DNA from: Octopus vulgaris
Taxonomy: Eukaryota
Reading direction: 5' to 3'
Length of the DNA: 64,000 nt
NCBI GenBank assembly: GCA_951406725.2
Contig: OX597839.1
Coordinates: 14,446,001-14,510,000, forward strand
A model generated the notes under the pieces. That model was not told the origin of the DNA, ran no database searches, and was given only the letters and a program-made list of their open reading frames with translations. Shown one piece after another: positions 24,594 through 37,766 of this stretch. The number at the start of each line of letters is the position of its first letter. Position 1 is the first letter of the stretch. Position numbers and translations under genes: made by a program.

Positions 24594-24690
24594 AAAAATG
24601 GTGAATAACTTTCCTGTGGTTTTTCTGCCATTTCTAATTCCTTCGGAATGAGGCAAAACAGCTCGCTGCTAGCCAACTTATTTTTCTTTA

Positions 24691-24721
<31 letters not shown>

Positions 24722-25276
24722 AGTAAATAGTATAAGTATATAAGTAAATATGTACAAATTACTGCACACTAACCTGGAATTTCTACTTTTGAATAGGTTG
24801 GTACATCCTTGTTACTTACGTGAATTTTGCTACCCTGGTTACTGTTTATTGAATTTTCGATGTTAACAGCAAACAAAGGACAATTCATTCATCCATATAC
24901 ATACATACATACATACATACATACATACATACATACTTACATACATGCATGCATGCATGCATGTATGTATTTGCATATTTGTTTGTTTGTTTGTTTAATT
25001 TTTTTATGAAGTTATAACAATGCAAGTTATAAGAAATAATACAAGTCAGTGTGTATCAATATTTCTAAGTAGGAGCCCTTCTTCAGGAAAACTTCAGAGA
25101 AATGAACTCAACACCATTTCTCCTAAGATTTCCCAAAGAATGGATTCTAATCTTGACATGTTGAAACAGGGTGTAAAAGTGCAAATCATTGACTTGTCAG
25201 TCTTATTTCTTCTAACTTATGTTGTTTTGGCAGCTTTATAAAAAAGATTTGTTTAAATTTATATACATGTACCTGC

Positions 25277-25335
<59 letters not shown>

Positions 25336-26246
25336 CATACATACACACACATACACACACATTTACTCAAACACATACGCGCACGAATAAATTTGTTATG
25401 CTTGAATCCTTGTGAAAAAAGAATTACATCATCAAACTAGATACCATGGTTACTTGGCAAGGTGTGCTAAATTGAATAGACAGAAAGGTATGTAAAAATG
25501 CAGGTATATATAGGTATTGGGATTTTTATTCACAAGTTTTCACTTGAGTTATTACATCCTATTTCAGTCTGATCAGAAAATAAATTACCTGCTAATGCAC
25601 CTGGCTGACATTTTTGTATGGATTATTTTTATATATCTACCGTATTCTCAAATGTGACAAGTATTCATGTCACTTTATTCAAGGGCTGCATTCACAAACC
25701 ACCAGCAGTGATTTTACCTTTCAGCTTTCTAGGGTTAAAAGTATTATGACATCAGTGAAGTTCAAGCTTGATGTCATCAACTAACCTCTGGCCAACTCCT
25801 TATAAATTTATGTCAAAACTTAATATCATAATTTCAGGGACAAGAGATTAGCAGAATAGTTAGAGAGTTGAACAAAATACCTTGCAATATTTAATCTGGC
25901 TTTTTATTTCCTTTGTTCAAATTTTATTAAGATCAGCTCTGTCTTTTCATTCTTTTGCAGTCAATTATAAAAGCTACCAGTTAAGTACCGGTTTGATTTA
26001 GTCGGTTACACCTCATTGTTCATTCCTAAATATGTGGCCTTTTTCTTATGTAGGAAGTTTATATCATATCTCCAATGATTTATTGCAAGTTTTCAGCTGT
26101 GATGCAAGGTGTGCCTCCATGTTACTGAGGTGTGTGTGTGTGTGTGTGTGTGTTTGTGTGTATCATTTCCTTGTAAAGGCATAAAAGTGTGTTTGTAATG
26201 CTACGTTAGTTTTAACTTCTTTTTTGTGTAGAAGATATTAATATGA

Positions 26247-26399
26247 TGGCTGTGTGGTAAGAAGCTTGCTTCTCAACCTCATGGTTCCATGTTCAGTCCC
26301 ATTGTGTAGCACCTAGAGCAAGTGTTTTCTACTAAAGCCTCAGGCCAACCAAAACCTTGTAAGTGGATTGGTAGATGGAAACTGAAAGAAACCTGTCGT

Positions 26400-26443
<44 letters not shown>

Positions 26444-27656
26444 GTGGGGCGTTCAATAAGTAATGCCCCTGACCCACTTCCCATAGCAGTAGAGCAACAA
26501 CACTTGGCACAGTTATTAGTCTTTTCCTACATAGGAACTACCCATCGTTTGATACAGCTCTGGAGACCGTTTTTGTAGAAGACCCCAGCTTGGTCCTCCA
26601 ACCACGACGTGACTTCAGAAATCAAGGCTGCATCATCTGGGAAACGCTTTCCTTTCAAAATCAACTTCATGGCTGGGAAGAGGTGAAAATCAGAGAGTGC
26701 AAGGGTAGGAGTTCATAGCTGCACGCCTGTGCTTCTGATCTGGCGACACGCGAGTTGTGGACCGGAGTGTTGTCCTGCAGGAGGAGGATGCCTTTGCTGA
26801 TCTTGCCCCGCCTATTGATTTTGATAGCTTCTCTTAATTTCCTCAAAAGTGAAGCATAATAGGCTCCTGTAATTGTGGTACCCATTGCCAGGAAATCTGT
26901 CATCACTACTCCGTCCTGGTCCCAGAAGACTGTGAGCATAACCTTGTCAGCAGAGGGCTGCACCCTTGCCTTCTTTGGAGGAGGTGAGTCACGGTGCTTT
27001 CACTGCATTGACTGGGCTTTGGTCTATGGATCATAGTGATGGACCCAGGTTTTATCCTGTGTGATCAGTCTTTTGAAAAACTTTGACTCATCTTCTTGGC
27101 ACATCTCCAAATTCATCCTCGAGCACTCAACGCGTTCTTGCTTCTGGAAAGGTGTGAGCAACCTGGAAATCCATCTGGCAGACACCTTTTGCATATGCAA
27201 ATGGTCATGAATGATAGTTTCCACAGACCCGGTACTAATCTTGACCGTATGGGCTATTTGGCGAATAGTTATGTGTTGACCTTCCAAAATGCCAGCCTCA
27301 ACTTGATGGACAGACGTCTCATCAACGGCAGAAGGGGGTGACCAGATCTGGGAGCTGTTTCCACAGAGTTCCGACTATGTTTGAATTCACAATGCCAGCG
27401 TTTTACAAGGTCATATGATGGGGCATCATCACCATAAGTTACTTTCATTTCATCAAAAGTCTCCCGTGGTGTGCGTCCTTTCAAATACAAAAACCAGATC
27501 ACTGCTCGACACTCAACAGGCTCCATTTCACACTTGACTCAGTTCAAACACCTGTAAATCAGAAACCACAATTAGTTCAGAGCTGTAATTCACCACTAAA
27601 TCAAACAACTGCAAGTGGGTCAGGGGCATTACTTATTACTATGAGTTAGGCCCCTC

Positions 27657-27704
<48 letters not shown>

Positions 27705-27910
27705 TATGTCTTTGCACTTGTGTTTGTCCCCCATCACCGTTTGACAACTGGTGTTGGTGTGTTATGTCCCCAAAACCTAGTGATTAGGCAAAAGATTAGG
27801 CAAAAGATTAGGCAAAACTAACAACCGGGTCAATTTATTCAACTAAAAGTTTTTCAAGGCAGTGCCCCAGTATGGCTGCATTCTATTGACTAAAACAAGT
27901 AAAAGATAAA
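26247..27910 (+). mobile_element. tRNA-derived SINE split by the mariner at 26443-27657
   Basis: 5' half (26247-26400) and 3' half (27700-27910) match the intact copy at 28427-28830. Confidence 0.7.
26443..27657 (-). mobile_element. Mariner DNA transposon, transposase pseudogene
   Basis: TIRs cgtggggcgttcaataagtaatgcccctgacccactt, with the right copy carrying a small insertion. TA flanks. Motifs SARWISRLL, ITQDKTWVHHYDP, KVMLTVFWD, LLQDNT. Confidence 0.92.
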
Positions 27911-28426
27911 AGATATGTATGTATAATATGAGTTGTATTACTTGACTGTATATAAATAGATTCTTCCTGAGTTATACACTCATAGGGCTGGTTTCCTGGT
28001 TTCTCTGGTGTATATATTTTCCCCTGGATGGGAAGCCAGTCCATCACAAGATGGCTCATTGTTTACCTGCTGAGTGGACTGGAGCAACATGAAATGCTTT
28101 ATATAAATGTGTGTGTGTGTAAAATTCAGTTTGAGAAAGCCATTCAATGCAGTTTGAAAATCATTTTATTAATTTCTGTTATTTCTGCCAAAAAATACTT
28201 TTGAAGAAGTGAGGGAAAGGAGTGAAAAAGACGTGAAATGAAATAATTTGGAGTTGGTATATAAAGCATAACACTCAGGGAACATTGAAATACGATGGTA
28301 GATACCATTCTCCTGATTAAGATCTATGGAGAAAATGAGACGTATATGTTTTTACAAATAATGAGAACAATTAAATGAATTTTCTTACATACATACATAT
28401 ATGCGCAGGCGCATATATGTATGGGC

Positions 28427-28586
28427 GTAGGAGTGGCTGTGTGGTATGTAGCTTGCTTACCAACCACATGGTTCCAGGTTCAGTCCCACTGCGTGGCACC
28501 TTGGGCAAGTGTCTTCTACTATAGTCTCTGGCTGACCAAAGCCTTGTGAGTGGATTTGGTAGATGGAAACTGAAAGAAGCCCGTCG

Positions 28587-28623
<37 letters not shown>

Positions 28624-28830
28624 TTGTGTTTCTGTGTTTGTCCACCCCAACATCGCTTGACAACTGATGCTGGGGTGTTTATGTCCCTGTAACTTAGCGG
28701 TTCGGCAAAAGAGACCAATAGAATAAGTACTAGGCTTACAAAGAATAAGTCCTGGGGTCGACTTGGTCGACTAAAGGTGGTGCTCCAGCATGGCTGCAGT
28801 CAAATGACTGAAACAAGTAAAAGAGTAAAT
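28427..28830 (+). mobile_element. tRNA-derived SINE with internal (TA/TG)n microsatellite, representative copy
   Basis: Pol III A/B-box-like head (ggctgtgtggt...ggttcagtccc). Further copies at ~15930-16075, 37500-37920, 41005-41225 and 43365-43735. Confidence 0.8.
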
Positions 28831-28919
28831 TAATATGTATAATATATCTATCTGTCTGTCTGCCTGTCTACCTATCTATTTTTCTATCTATCTATCTACC
28901 TATACACACACGTGCATGT

Positions 28920-28956
<37 letters not shown>

Positions 28957-28977
28957 AACACACAGGTGGCAATACAA

Positions 28978-29261
28978 TTAATTGTGATGACTGTTTAAAG
29001 TGTTAAATGAAGCGAATGAAAGAAAAGTGTAGAAGAGAGAAATAGAGAGAATAATAAGGGAAAATTGTAGACGTAGTTTTGGGGAGGTGTTTGCTGGGCC
29101 ATTGCAGTAGTCTTTGTTGCAGATGGAAGCAGCAACCACTGCTCCCTTTCTGCGTGCATACACAGTGATGTTGGTCTCAGCATTAAGGTGCTTCATCTTG
29201 GGATTGTTAGCAATTGTCATGCTTCCATTGCTACAGTGTCTGCTGAATATGTTTGTTTTAC
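28978..29261 (-). CDS. Three-finger protein 2, coding exon 3
   Basis: ttccag| acceptor, phase 1. GKTNIFSRHCSNG...ASICNKDYCNGPANTS followed by a hydrophobic tail. Paralogous to 14720-14985. Confidence 0.85.
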
Positions 29262-29469
29262 CTGGAATATCAAAGGTGGAAAGCATTTTGTAAAAGATTG
29301 ACAATGTTAAATAAAAATAGACTGTCCATAACATAATTACACAACTACATACATGCATGCATACATACGTATATACATGCATACCCACACACATACATAC
29401 ATACATATATACATACATACATACATACATATACATACATATACAAACATACATACATAATACATTATG

Positions 29470-29668
29470 GCTACCTCCTCGTTATCGAGTATGGCCATTG
29501 CACGAAGCTTAGCTGTTACTGGTTCTGTGATCGAATGTGACTTTTTAGCCCAGCTAAAGATCTACAATGTCTTGTACAGAATTGGCAACTAAAACCTTTA
29601 CCGGTAATAGCTGGCTGTAGTTGTAACTGGGCTTCATGTATCTTTGCATGTCGTTTAAGTCCTCCTGC
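29470..29668 (-). mobile_element. 3' end of an RTE/BovB-type LINE (C2H2-like C-terminus)
   Basis: FSCQFCTRHCRSLAGLKSHIRS, then stop, short UTR and a tetranucleotide tail. Confidence 0.6.
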
Positions 29669-30489
29669 ATACATACATACATACATATGTACATACAAAA
29701 CCTTGAAATGCTAGGTTTTTTTGAAGAAAGTGCAAAAGAAACTGATGTGGATTCCTCAAATCCAATCTATTAATGGCACAGGGAAGATTTGTAAGACTTT
29801 CCAAAGATTCTCAGTCTTGAGATTCTTTAGGTGAATACACACACACACTTGAGTGTAGGCATCGACAGTTCGAGCAACACTCCAACTCAACCACATATTT
29901 ACAAACATCAGGAACTCTCGTAATTCAGAAAGGCTTGTTGCTTTGTTAGTGATCTCTCAAGAAGAACCTAAATTAAACTCAAAGAAAAGCATCCATTCAT
30001 ACATACTTACGTCTTCATCCATATGCATCACACACCTAAACCAATGTCGTCTTTTCTTTTGCAAGCTGCCTCTAATTTCGTTCATGTCCAACTTTTCTCT
30101 CAGCACATTTGCACCTTGTCATACATGTACACTGATGTTGCACATCCTTCAAAGCATTCCAACTTCATTCCTCCCAAGTCTATGCATGTTGTCTTCATTT
30201 AGGGCCCATATCTCACTACCTTGGAGCATAACTGTTCATACATAAGCATCATGCAATCTACCTTTCACTCTCAGAGAGAGAGAGGCCATTGCAAATATAC
30301 AATGCCTTCTTTCAGTTTCCATCTCTGAAATCCACTCACAAAGCTTTGGTTGACTCAGGGCTATAGTGAAAAGACACTGGCTCAAGTTGCCAAGCAGTGG
30401 GACTGAACCCAAGACCACATTATTAAAAAACTGGCTTATTACCATCCAGCCATCCATGTGTCTATTATACCTTAAAAAGAAAGATATTA

Positions 30490-31267
30490 GGATCTTTTCC
30501 TTTTGAACGGCAGTTTTCAACACAATTTCTAGTTAACTAAACACTTTTAAACTTCATATACTGGTAGAATGTGTCAAAATAAAACATTTTTTCTCTTGGC
30601 TTTCTTGAGAAAATTGTAATTTGTAAGTTTAACGTAGTTTAATTTTTCGAATTTTAACCAATCAATTGCCTCTATTGAGCTAAAATCATTTGCTGCGTCT
30701 AAAACTGAGACAACATCCTGTCACTAACCCTAAAACTAGCCCCTGTCACTAACCCTAACACTAACCCTAACACTAACACTAACCCTAAATTTTAGCCTTT
30801 CGTTTTTTTTTTCTTAATTGTTAAATTAATTTAATTGTTACGCGTGTGTCTAAAATTATTTGTTTTGTTTTTGTTTTGAGATACACGAGTATTGTTTAAA
30901 CTATTTTCCATTGCTTAAGAAAAAAAAAAATGAAAGGCTAAAACGAAAGCAATGGAAAATAATTTAAACAATTAACAAACAAAATGATTCTATAATTTTA
31001 TACACACGCTCTCTGAACATAAACATAAAAGTGACAGGATGTTGTCTCAGTTTTAGACGCAGCAAATGATTTTAGCTCAATAGAGGCGATAGGATTGGTT
31101 AAAATTCAAAAAATTAAACTACGTTAAACTTACAAATTACAATTTTCTCAAGAAAGCCATGAGAAAAAAATGTTTTATTTTGACACATTCTACCAGTATA
31201 TGAAGTTTAAAAGTGTTTAGTTAACTAGAAATTGTGTTGAAAACTGCCGTTCAAAAGGAAAAGATCC
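30490..31267. mobile_element. Non-autonomous DNA transposon (MITE) with ~235-bp TIRs, 8-bp TSD and internal telomere-like repeats
   Basis: TIR ggatcttttccttttgaacggcagtttt..., TSD AGATATTA (30482-30489 and 31268-31275), CCCTAA/CACTAA array at ~30722-30788. Confidence 0.9.
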
Positions 31268-31342
31268 AGATATTAATAAATTGAAGAAGGTAGTATTTGA
31301 AAGATTTCAATTTTCCTTGTTTAGTAAAGCTAACAGCCTTAC

Positions 31343-31483
31343 CATCAATATATAGGCTCTCCACAGCACAGTAGGAATCCTTACAATTCACTACAAATTC
31401 TTTTAGTTTAAGATTATTTTCGCAGTCTGAGTGAGTGAAATTGCTTTGACATTGGTAGCAGAGCAGTGCTGTGGCACATTGTG
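31343..31483 (-). CDS. Three-finger protein 2, coding exon 2
   Basis: ttccag| acceptor and G|gtaagg donor, 141 nt, phase 1-1. LLCYQCQSNFTHSDC...NCKDSYCAVESLYID. Confidence 0.85.
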
Positions 31484-31794
31484 CTGGAATATAGAAATAT
31501 AACAGCATTTAAAAGATATTCACAATGAAGGGAACCTCATTAATATTTTCTCTGTAAATCTTATCCTTCCCCTCTCTCTCTCTCTTTGCCTCTGCATCCA
31601 CTTCTCTCCTTTTGCCCTTGGCTCTTTTCCCCAACTTTTTCTTTAAAAGTTTGTATGACTCTCTTCCCAGCTCTCTCTTTCCCTTTGCCTATATATATAT
31701 CTAATACTCACCCCGCTCTACCCATACATCTAATACTAACCCCTTCCTCTCTCTATATATATATGTGACTCTCTTCACCCTTCTCTGTCTAATA

Positions 31795-32307
31795 TCTATA
31801 TATATAAAACTGTAGTTGTGTGAGTGTCTGTCCCCTTCGATTTAGATTCCTAACTACTCCCACATTTTGCGGTGCAGTTTAACCAAATTCGGGTATCTTA
31901 TAGTCGTGATTCATATCGAGCTTGCCTAAGTATTAGCGCACGTCTACGATGAGTCTACGATTTAAAAAATAATTTAATATCATTTTTTATTCCATTTTAA
32001 TGCATAATTTTTCGTGTGTCGATGGCGGCGGAGTTGGCGTCCATGGTCACACCTGCACCTGTTTGCTTCTCCCCCTTCTTCCCTCCCTCGTGAAGCTGTG
32101 GGGAAGGGAGTGTAAGGAAATCAACGTCGTAAAGTGTTGTCAAGGAGACCAGTGTTCTTTTAGAACAACGACTTCATGGCTTGAAGACACCAAAACAGAA
32201 ATGGCTAAGAAAGCCCGAATTGGCATCTATAAGGAAAGTAACTCTCTAAAAATGCTTATATAGTTATTTCCCTTACAAACCCGAGCAACGCCGGGCGATA
32301 CTGCTAG
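31795..32307 (+). mobile_element. Non-autonomous Helitron
   Basis: 5' TC, 3' CTAG, inserted between A and T without TSD. Subterminal GC hairpin cccgagcaacgccggg near the end. Confidence 0.8.
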
Positions 32308-33269
32308 TTGTATATAACTATCTTACTACCATCCTCCTCTCTTTGCCTCTCTCTCCACTTCTTGCAGCCCACACCTTTCATCTACACAGCTTACTCTCCC
32401 TCACTAGTTTCACTCTCTATCTACTCAGCTATACAGATTTTCTCAAATATTTTTCAGAGTCAAAATTACAGTCCCAGAGACATGTCTAGCAGGACTTGGG
32501 ATTGTCCTTTGGAAGTTATAAGGACTTCTCTTACTTCAGTCAAAGAACAGCAGCTCTTATGACCTCTGTATGTCATAAGGGTGGCCCTTATGACATTCTG
32601 CTCCAGGGACTGGGGAACGACAGAGAAGAAACTGTGACACATGGGCCACTGTTAAATTCTTCTTTAATCCCTGTAGGTGACCCTATGAGAAGTTAAAGGT
32701 TGCATGGGGACCTGCTTTGCAAAGCACAATCCATGGAGCTAGGCCTTTGACATTTCTGGTGACAAGCCTCTACTGGAGAACCACTGTTACTGATATCTGT
32801 ATGGAGTTTGTGCTCAGTCATTTGCCCTACAAGAAAAAGTAACTAAATCTCCTTTAAACCATATCTTATCAAAAAAGAAAAGAAAAAAAAAGAATGGTGA
32901 CATTTAATAACACAGTCTCAGATACACTGAAAAAATTAAAAAAAGATGGGATGGCCATGATTAGATTGCCTGTGTTAGCAGAGTTCTTAGCTCAAAGATG
33001 ACTGAGGGTTTAAAACAACAACAACAACAACAACAAACAGTGCCACCACACGAAGAGGAAGTGAATTAAGAAGCAGGTTAGTCCACATTAGTCCGTAAGG
33101 AGTACGGGGCCAGTTTCCTGGTTTCTCCGATGTACATATCCCTCTCTGGGTAGGACACCAACTGAGTGGACTGGAGCAATGTGGAATGAAGTGCTTTGCT
33201 CAAGAACACAACACATTACCTGGCCCAGGAATGAAAACCACAATCATACAATAAATCATTTTCTTTTAA

Positions 33270-35915
33270 TAGCAGTGAATTGCCAGGTACCAGAGCAATG
33301 ATCTCATCTTTGTGACTGGAGATTTCAATGGGTATGTCGGACGGCAACCTGGTATCTTCCATGGTGTCCATAGGAGCCAGGGAATAGGTGCCCCCGAAAT
33401 GAAGAATGTGCAAGGCTATTGGAGTTCTGTGATGCAAATAACCCATTGATCTGCAACACCGACATCAGGAAGACAACCAACCACTTAATAACTTCCCAAT
33501 CAGGTGACTGTGATAGCCAGATCGATTACATTCTCACCAGACAGCAGGATGCATGGTTGCTCTTAAATACAAAGACCCTCCCTGGTGAAGAATGTACTCC
33601 CCAGCACAGAGTAGTCATTAGTGATTTTAGACTCCAGCCAGAAGGATGCCAAGAAGCAGACCAATCTAGAAAAGACGGATTTGGAAGTTTAAAGAGGACC
33701 AATAAACTGAAGTGTTTTGGATTGCAAGACATTGTGTAAGAGAAAATCGTGATGTCATAGGAAAGAAATGTGTCTGCATGGATGATGGTGCACTTGCATT
33801 TAATGATTCTGCAAAGGAAGAGACTTGGAAATGCCTTTATGGAAGACTGTTGAATATGGAGAATGAATGGGAGGAGAAGAGTCTACCAAATGTTGACCCA
33901 ATTGAGAGACCAGCTATCCAAATCAACAGTACCTTGGTAGATAAAGCAATTAAGGATATGAAGACAGGGAAAGTCCCTGGCCCATCAGGAATCACTGCTG
34001 AGATGCTTAAAATATCTGGTGGTGTGGGTTATGGTCTAGTCACTTGTATTTTAAATCAGATGGTTCACGAAGGAGTCATACCCAATGACTGGTGTAGCAG
34101 CACAGGTCAACTGCTACAAAGGTAAAAGTGATGCCTTAGATAGAAATAATTACAGAGTTATCAAATTGTTGGATCAGGTGATGAAAGCTATGGAGAAAGT
34201 CATAGCCCAACTAATCAGGGAGATAGTTAACCTAGATGAAATGCAGTTTGGTGAGGAAGAAACACTAATGGTGCTATATTTCTGTTATGGCAGCTGCAGG
34301 AGAAATAAATAGCCAAAGATAAACCTCTGTACTTGGCCTTTGTTGACTTGGAGAAAGCCTTTGATAGGATCCCCTGATCCCTTATCTGGTGGTCACTGTA
34401 AATTAGGGATAGACAAGTAGTTGGTGAAAGCTGTACAAGCTATGTACAGGGATGCTTGCTACCAGTTAAGTGAGGGTTGGCAATGAGTACAGAGAAGAAT
34501 TCAGAGTACAAGTTGGGGTTCACCAGGGATCAGTGCTCAGCTTCCTCTTGTTCATCATAGTTCTCCTGGCAATAACAGAGGAATTCAAGACAGGCTGCCT
34601 CTGGGAGCTCCTCTATGCTGATAACCTTGCTCTTATAGCTAAATCACTACCAGAACTAGAGAAGTTCCACGTTTGGAAGCAGGGTCTAAAGTCGAAGGGC
34701 TTTAGAGTTAACCTAGCAAAAATCAAAGTCTTAGGAAGTAGGAAGGCAGACAAACCACAAATTCCTTCAGGTAGATGGCCATGCTCAATGTGTAGAAAAG
34801 GCATAGGTAGAAACTCCATAAGATACATCCAGTTTAAGCTTTGGACCCATAAAAGGTGCAGCAATATCAGAGGAAGGTTAACAGGAAAACTAGTTTTTGT
34901 ATGTGGAAGATGCACAGGTACAATAAATGCTGAAAATATGTAGAAAATATACTCCATCCACTGCCAGAGGGGCAAGCTAGAGATAATAGATAGTTTCTGT
35001 TATCTAGGTGACCAAGTTAGTAGTGGAGGTGGATTCTTTGAGAGCATAGCTGTGAGAAGATTAGGCTAGGCAAAATTCAGAGAGCTCCTACCACTCTTGG
35101 CAACAAAAGGCCACTCTCTCAGAGTGAAAGGCAGATTGTATGATGCCTTCATGCAAACAGCTATGCTACATGCATAGCTTGAAAGAAATGAAACCAGTAT
35201 GTTTCACTGGATGTGCAATGTCAGTGTGTATATTCGACAGTGTAAGCATCTTGAGAGAAAGTTAGGCTTAAGAGGCATGAGATATGGTGTGCAAGAGAGA
35301 TGACTGCACTGGTATGGTCATGTGATGTGTATGGACAAGGACAGCTGCGTAAAGAAGTGCTGATCTCTAACTATGGAGGGAACCTGTGGTAGAGGTAGAC
35401 ACGGGATGAGGTGGTGAAGCATGATCTTTAAACTTTGAGCCTCACAGAAGCTATGACTAGTGACGGAGACCTTTGGCAATATGCTGTGCTTGAAAGGACC
35501 TGTCAAGCCAAGTAAAACTATAGTCATGGCCTGATGCTGGAGTCACATAACTGGTATCCAAGCTGGTGGCATGTAAAGAACAACTTTTGTGTGTTGGGTT
35601 TCATGGAGGCAAAGTAGCTGAGTTTCTTTTGAGTGTTGGGTCTCATGGAGGCAATGAGCAAGACCTTTGCCATTATGTCATGCTTGAGAAGAAGACCCAT
35701 CAAGCCGAGCAAAATTACAGTCGTGGCAGATACTGGTGCCATGCAAATGGCACCTGTGCTGGTGACATGTAAAAGCACCAGTTACTCTCTCTAGGAAAGG
35801 CATCTAGCCATAGAAAACCATGCCAAATCAGACTGGAGTCTGGTGCAGCTTTCCAGTATGCCAACCCCGCTCAAACTGTTCACCCTATTCCAGCATAGAC
35901 AACAGACATTAAATG
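33270..35915 (+). mobile_element. Degraded RTE-clade LINE (endonuclease C-part, RT, 3' UTR)
   Basis: SQIDYIL and QHRVVISD (APE endonuclease), GKVPGPSGI, NYRVIKLL, GVHQGSVLS, LLYADNL. Many stops. Confidence 0.9.
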
Positions 35916-36289
35916 ATGATATATATATATATATCAGAACTCAACTCCACCGGTCACTCAACTCCAATTAGGGTTGTTTTTATGGAAGATCAGCAGTTAC
36001 CCATGCATACCAGCCTCCCCTCTCCACACCACCAATATTATCCAAGGAAAAGGCAAAGACTAATACAGCTTGGCACCTGTGATGTCACAACTCATTTCTA
36101 CAGCTGAATGAACCGGAGCAACATGAAATAAAGTGTCTTGCTCAAGAACACAACACAGCCTGGTCCGTGAATTGAAGTCACAACCTCACAATCATAAGTT
36201 TGATGCTCTAAACACTGTGCCATGCACCTTCACCCCCCCCCCCCACGCACACACATATCCATATGTGTGTGTGTATGTATATATATATA

Positions 36290-36740
36290 TATATATAATA
36301 TTATTAGAGACAAAACCACTATTTTGCAAATCAAACAAGGAAATAATCAATACATAAAAAATTTTAATATAAAGTAAATAAATCGCCACTACAATTGTTT
36401 CCTGTCTTCAAATGACATTCATCAGGTGGATTTCATATCTAAAAATATCAATATTTAAAAATTTTTTAAATTTAAAAATTTTATATAGATTATATATTTT
36501 TATATATTTTCATTGATAAATTTATATTATTTATAGTTTTAGCCATTTTAAATTTATTTATTTAAAAAAATTTTTAAATATTGATATTTTTAGATATGAA
36601 ATCCACCTGATGAATGTCATTTGAAGACAGGAAACAATTGTAGTGGCGATTTATTTACTTTATATTAAAATTTTTTATGTATTGATTATTTCCTTGTTTG
36701 ATTTGCAAAATAGTGGTTTTGTCTCTAATAATATTATATA
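36290..36740. repeat. ~450-bp palindrome with near-perfect ~175-bp arms
   Basis: The arm starting tattattagagacaaaaccactattttgc is mirrored by the arm ending gcaaaatagtggttttgtctctaataata. AT-rich spacer. Confidence 0.92.
36603..36646 (+). ncRNA. Candidate minimal hammerhead ribozyme (mirror copy at 36386-36429 on minus)
   Basis: ccac CTGATGA atgtc atttgaa gacag GAAA caatt GTA gtgg. Stem I ccac/gtgg, stem II tgtc/gaca, palindromic ACAATTGT stem III, GUA site at 36640-36642. Confidence 0.7.
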
Positions 36741-37466
36741 ATATTTTACTATAAAATTGGATTCAATCCTAAATCTGATTTTTCCCTGTAAATTTGGATT
36801 TATTCCCTAATATTTATTATTATATTTATAATGTAATTGTAGCAGAATCATTGTAAATATTTTTGCTCTATAGATTTTAAACTCTGTTAAATCATTTCGA
36901 AAGTTCTTTATTTTGAAGTTCATGAATTCATATGCTGAAAACGGTTTCTTTATAATGATGGAATGTTTTCATTAATCAACTAAAGGCGTCATTAGAAATG
37001 ACCATAATGGACTGATACCGGTACCTCTACTGATACTCATTTATATTTTATTCACCTGTCTCGGAATCTGCCCTTCATAAATATTATGGACTATACATTT
37101 AATATAATGCACATGGCTGGATAGCTCGAGAGTGGATTTCTTTACTCAGTTGGGTCTAATTGTCTACATACGCTGTAAGAATATCATTCGGTCAGTACTT
37201 ATGTACCAAGTTTTATATTTACATAATGTTGTTGTGTGTGTATTATTCCAGCCTAATGAGGTGCCTCAATTTAAGTACCTAGTTCAACTGAATCTTACTT
37301 ATATATATATATAAGTAAATAAATGGAGTTTACTTATACTACACAAATTACTGCACATTAACCCGGAGTCTACTACATCCTTCTTACTTGCGTGAATTTT
37401 GCTTCCCTGGTAACTGTTTATTGAATTTTCCATGTTAACAGTAAACAAAGGATAATTCTTTCATCC

Positions 37467-37500
<34 letters not shown>

Positions 37501-37715
37501 TTTTATTTTTTTTACTTGTTTCAGTTATTTGACTGTGGCCATGTTGGAGCACCACCTTTAGTTGAAGAAATCAACTCCAAGACTTATTCTTTGTCAACCT
37601 AGTACTTATTCTATGAGAGTCCTTGGCTGGACTGCTTAGTTATGGAGACGTAAACACTCCAACATCAGTGTCAAGTAATGATGATGGGACAAACACAGAC
37701 ACACAAATAGAGACA

Positions 37716-37766
<51 letters not shown>

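Noticed and set aside
27782-27817. Short direct repeats (gattaggcaaaa x3) and other repeat arrays as CRISPR-like
   Set aside because: No spacers and a eukaryotic context. This is a slippage duplication within a SINE.
28978-29454. 158-aa single ORF in the track
   Set aside because: The N-terminal part is translated (ATGT)n intron sequence. Only 28978-29261 is exon.
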